Assembly: GCF_013315695.1 (NCBI RefSeq)
Contig: NZ_CP054358.1
DNA length: 5,153 bases
From: Escherichia coli
Lineage (GTDB): Bacteria; Pseudomonadota; Gammaproteobacteria; Enterobacterales; Enterobacteriaceae
Direction: 5' to 3' (one strand)
The position numbers and the translations under genes were made by a program. Position 1 is the first letter of the stretch. Every line of letters starts with the position of its first letter. This document shows, in pieces, positions 5,069 to 5,153 of the stretch. A model generated the notes under the pieces. The model had not been told where the DNA came from, made no database searches, and saw nothing but the letters and a program-made list of their open reading frames with translations.

Positions 5069-5153
5069 CTACTGAACAGAGATCCCCGTCAATTTAGAAG
5101 AAGATGATGGAGCCACAGTCCCTCCCTGAACATCACGTATATAGTTAGCCTGA
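5069..5153 (-). CDS. kil: Colicin release (lysis) lipoprotein Kil, 3-prime portion (residues about 18-45 plus stop at 5071..5069); joins 1..53 if the molecule is circular
   Basis: Reverse complement of 5153..5069, in the frame set by bases 2..1, reads (C)QANYIRDVQGGTVAPSSSSKLTGISVQ then TAG. This is a near-exact continuation of the ColE1-type lysis protein, giving a 45-aa lipoprotein overall. Neither the ORF track nor a linear gene finder can see it because it is split by the window boundary. Confidence 0.8.
   Translation of the reverse strand, partial: QANYIRDVQGGTVAPSSSSKLTGISVQ

Noticed and set aside
1-5153. Looked for CRISPR repeats, tRNA or rRNA genes, IS-element terminal inverted repeats, transposase or integrase ORFs, and resistance genes
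   Set aside because: None seen. No repeat-spacer periodicity, no large unexplained ORF, and no cloverleaf-like or rRNA-like segments. Everything except the 2264..3201 module is accounted for by ColE1 backbone functions.

Overview
The window reads as a complete, small ColE1-family colicin plasmid that has been linearised inside its lysis gene. The kil reading frame that starts at 53 (- strand) runs off the left edge and continues in frame at 5153..5069, so the two window ends are very likely contiguous on a circle of about 5.15 kb. All family identifications below are from memory of the ColE1/pMB1 literature, not from a search. Contents in order: (1) an SOS-regulated pore-forming colicin E1-type operon with cea on the - strand (439..2004), the antisense, AT-rich immunity gene imm (101..442, +) and the lysis lipoprotein gene kil (split 1..53 and 5069..5153, -), driven by a sigma70 promoter with twin overlapping LexA boxes at 2052..2115; (2) a two-gene + strand module of unknown function (2264..2701, an AlpA/Xis-like HTH protein with a coiled-coil tail; 2782..3201, a predicted lipoprotein); (3) a cer-type Xer multimer-resolution site (core 3206..3235, accessory arm to about 3420); (4) a MobC/MbeC-type relaxosome accessory gene (3426..3773, -) with an oriT/bom-like region upstream (3774..3900) but no relaxase gene; (5) rom/rop (4033..4227, +); (6) a ColE1-type oriV with RNA I (+, about 4905..5012) and RNA II (-, promoter 5021..5049). 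No rRNA, tRNA, CRISPR array, IS element or resistance gene is visible. The best candidate for something undescribed is the two-gene module between the colicin promoter and cer; the relaxase-less mob remnant and the diverged RNA I loops are secondary points of interest.
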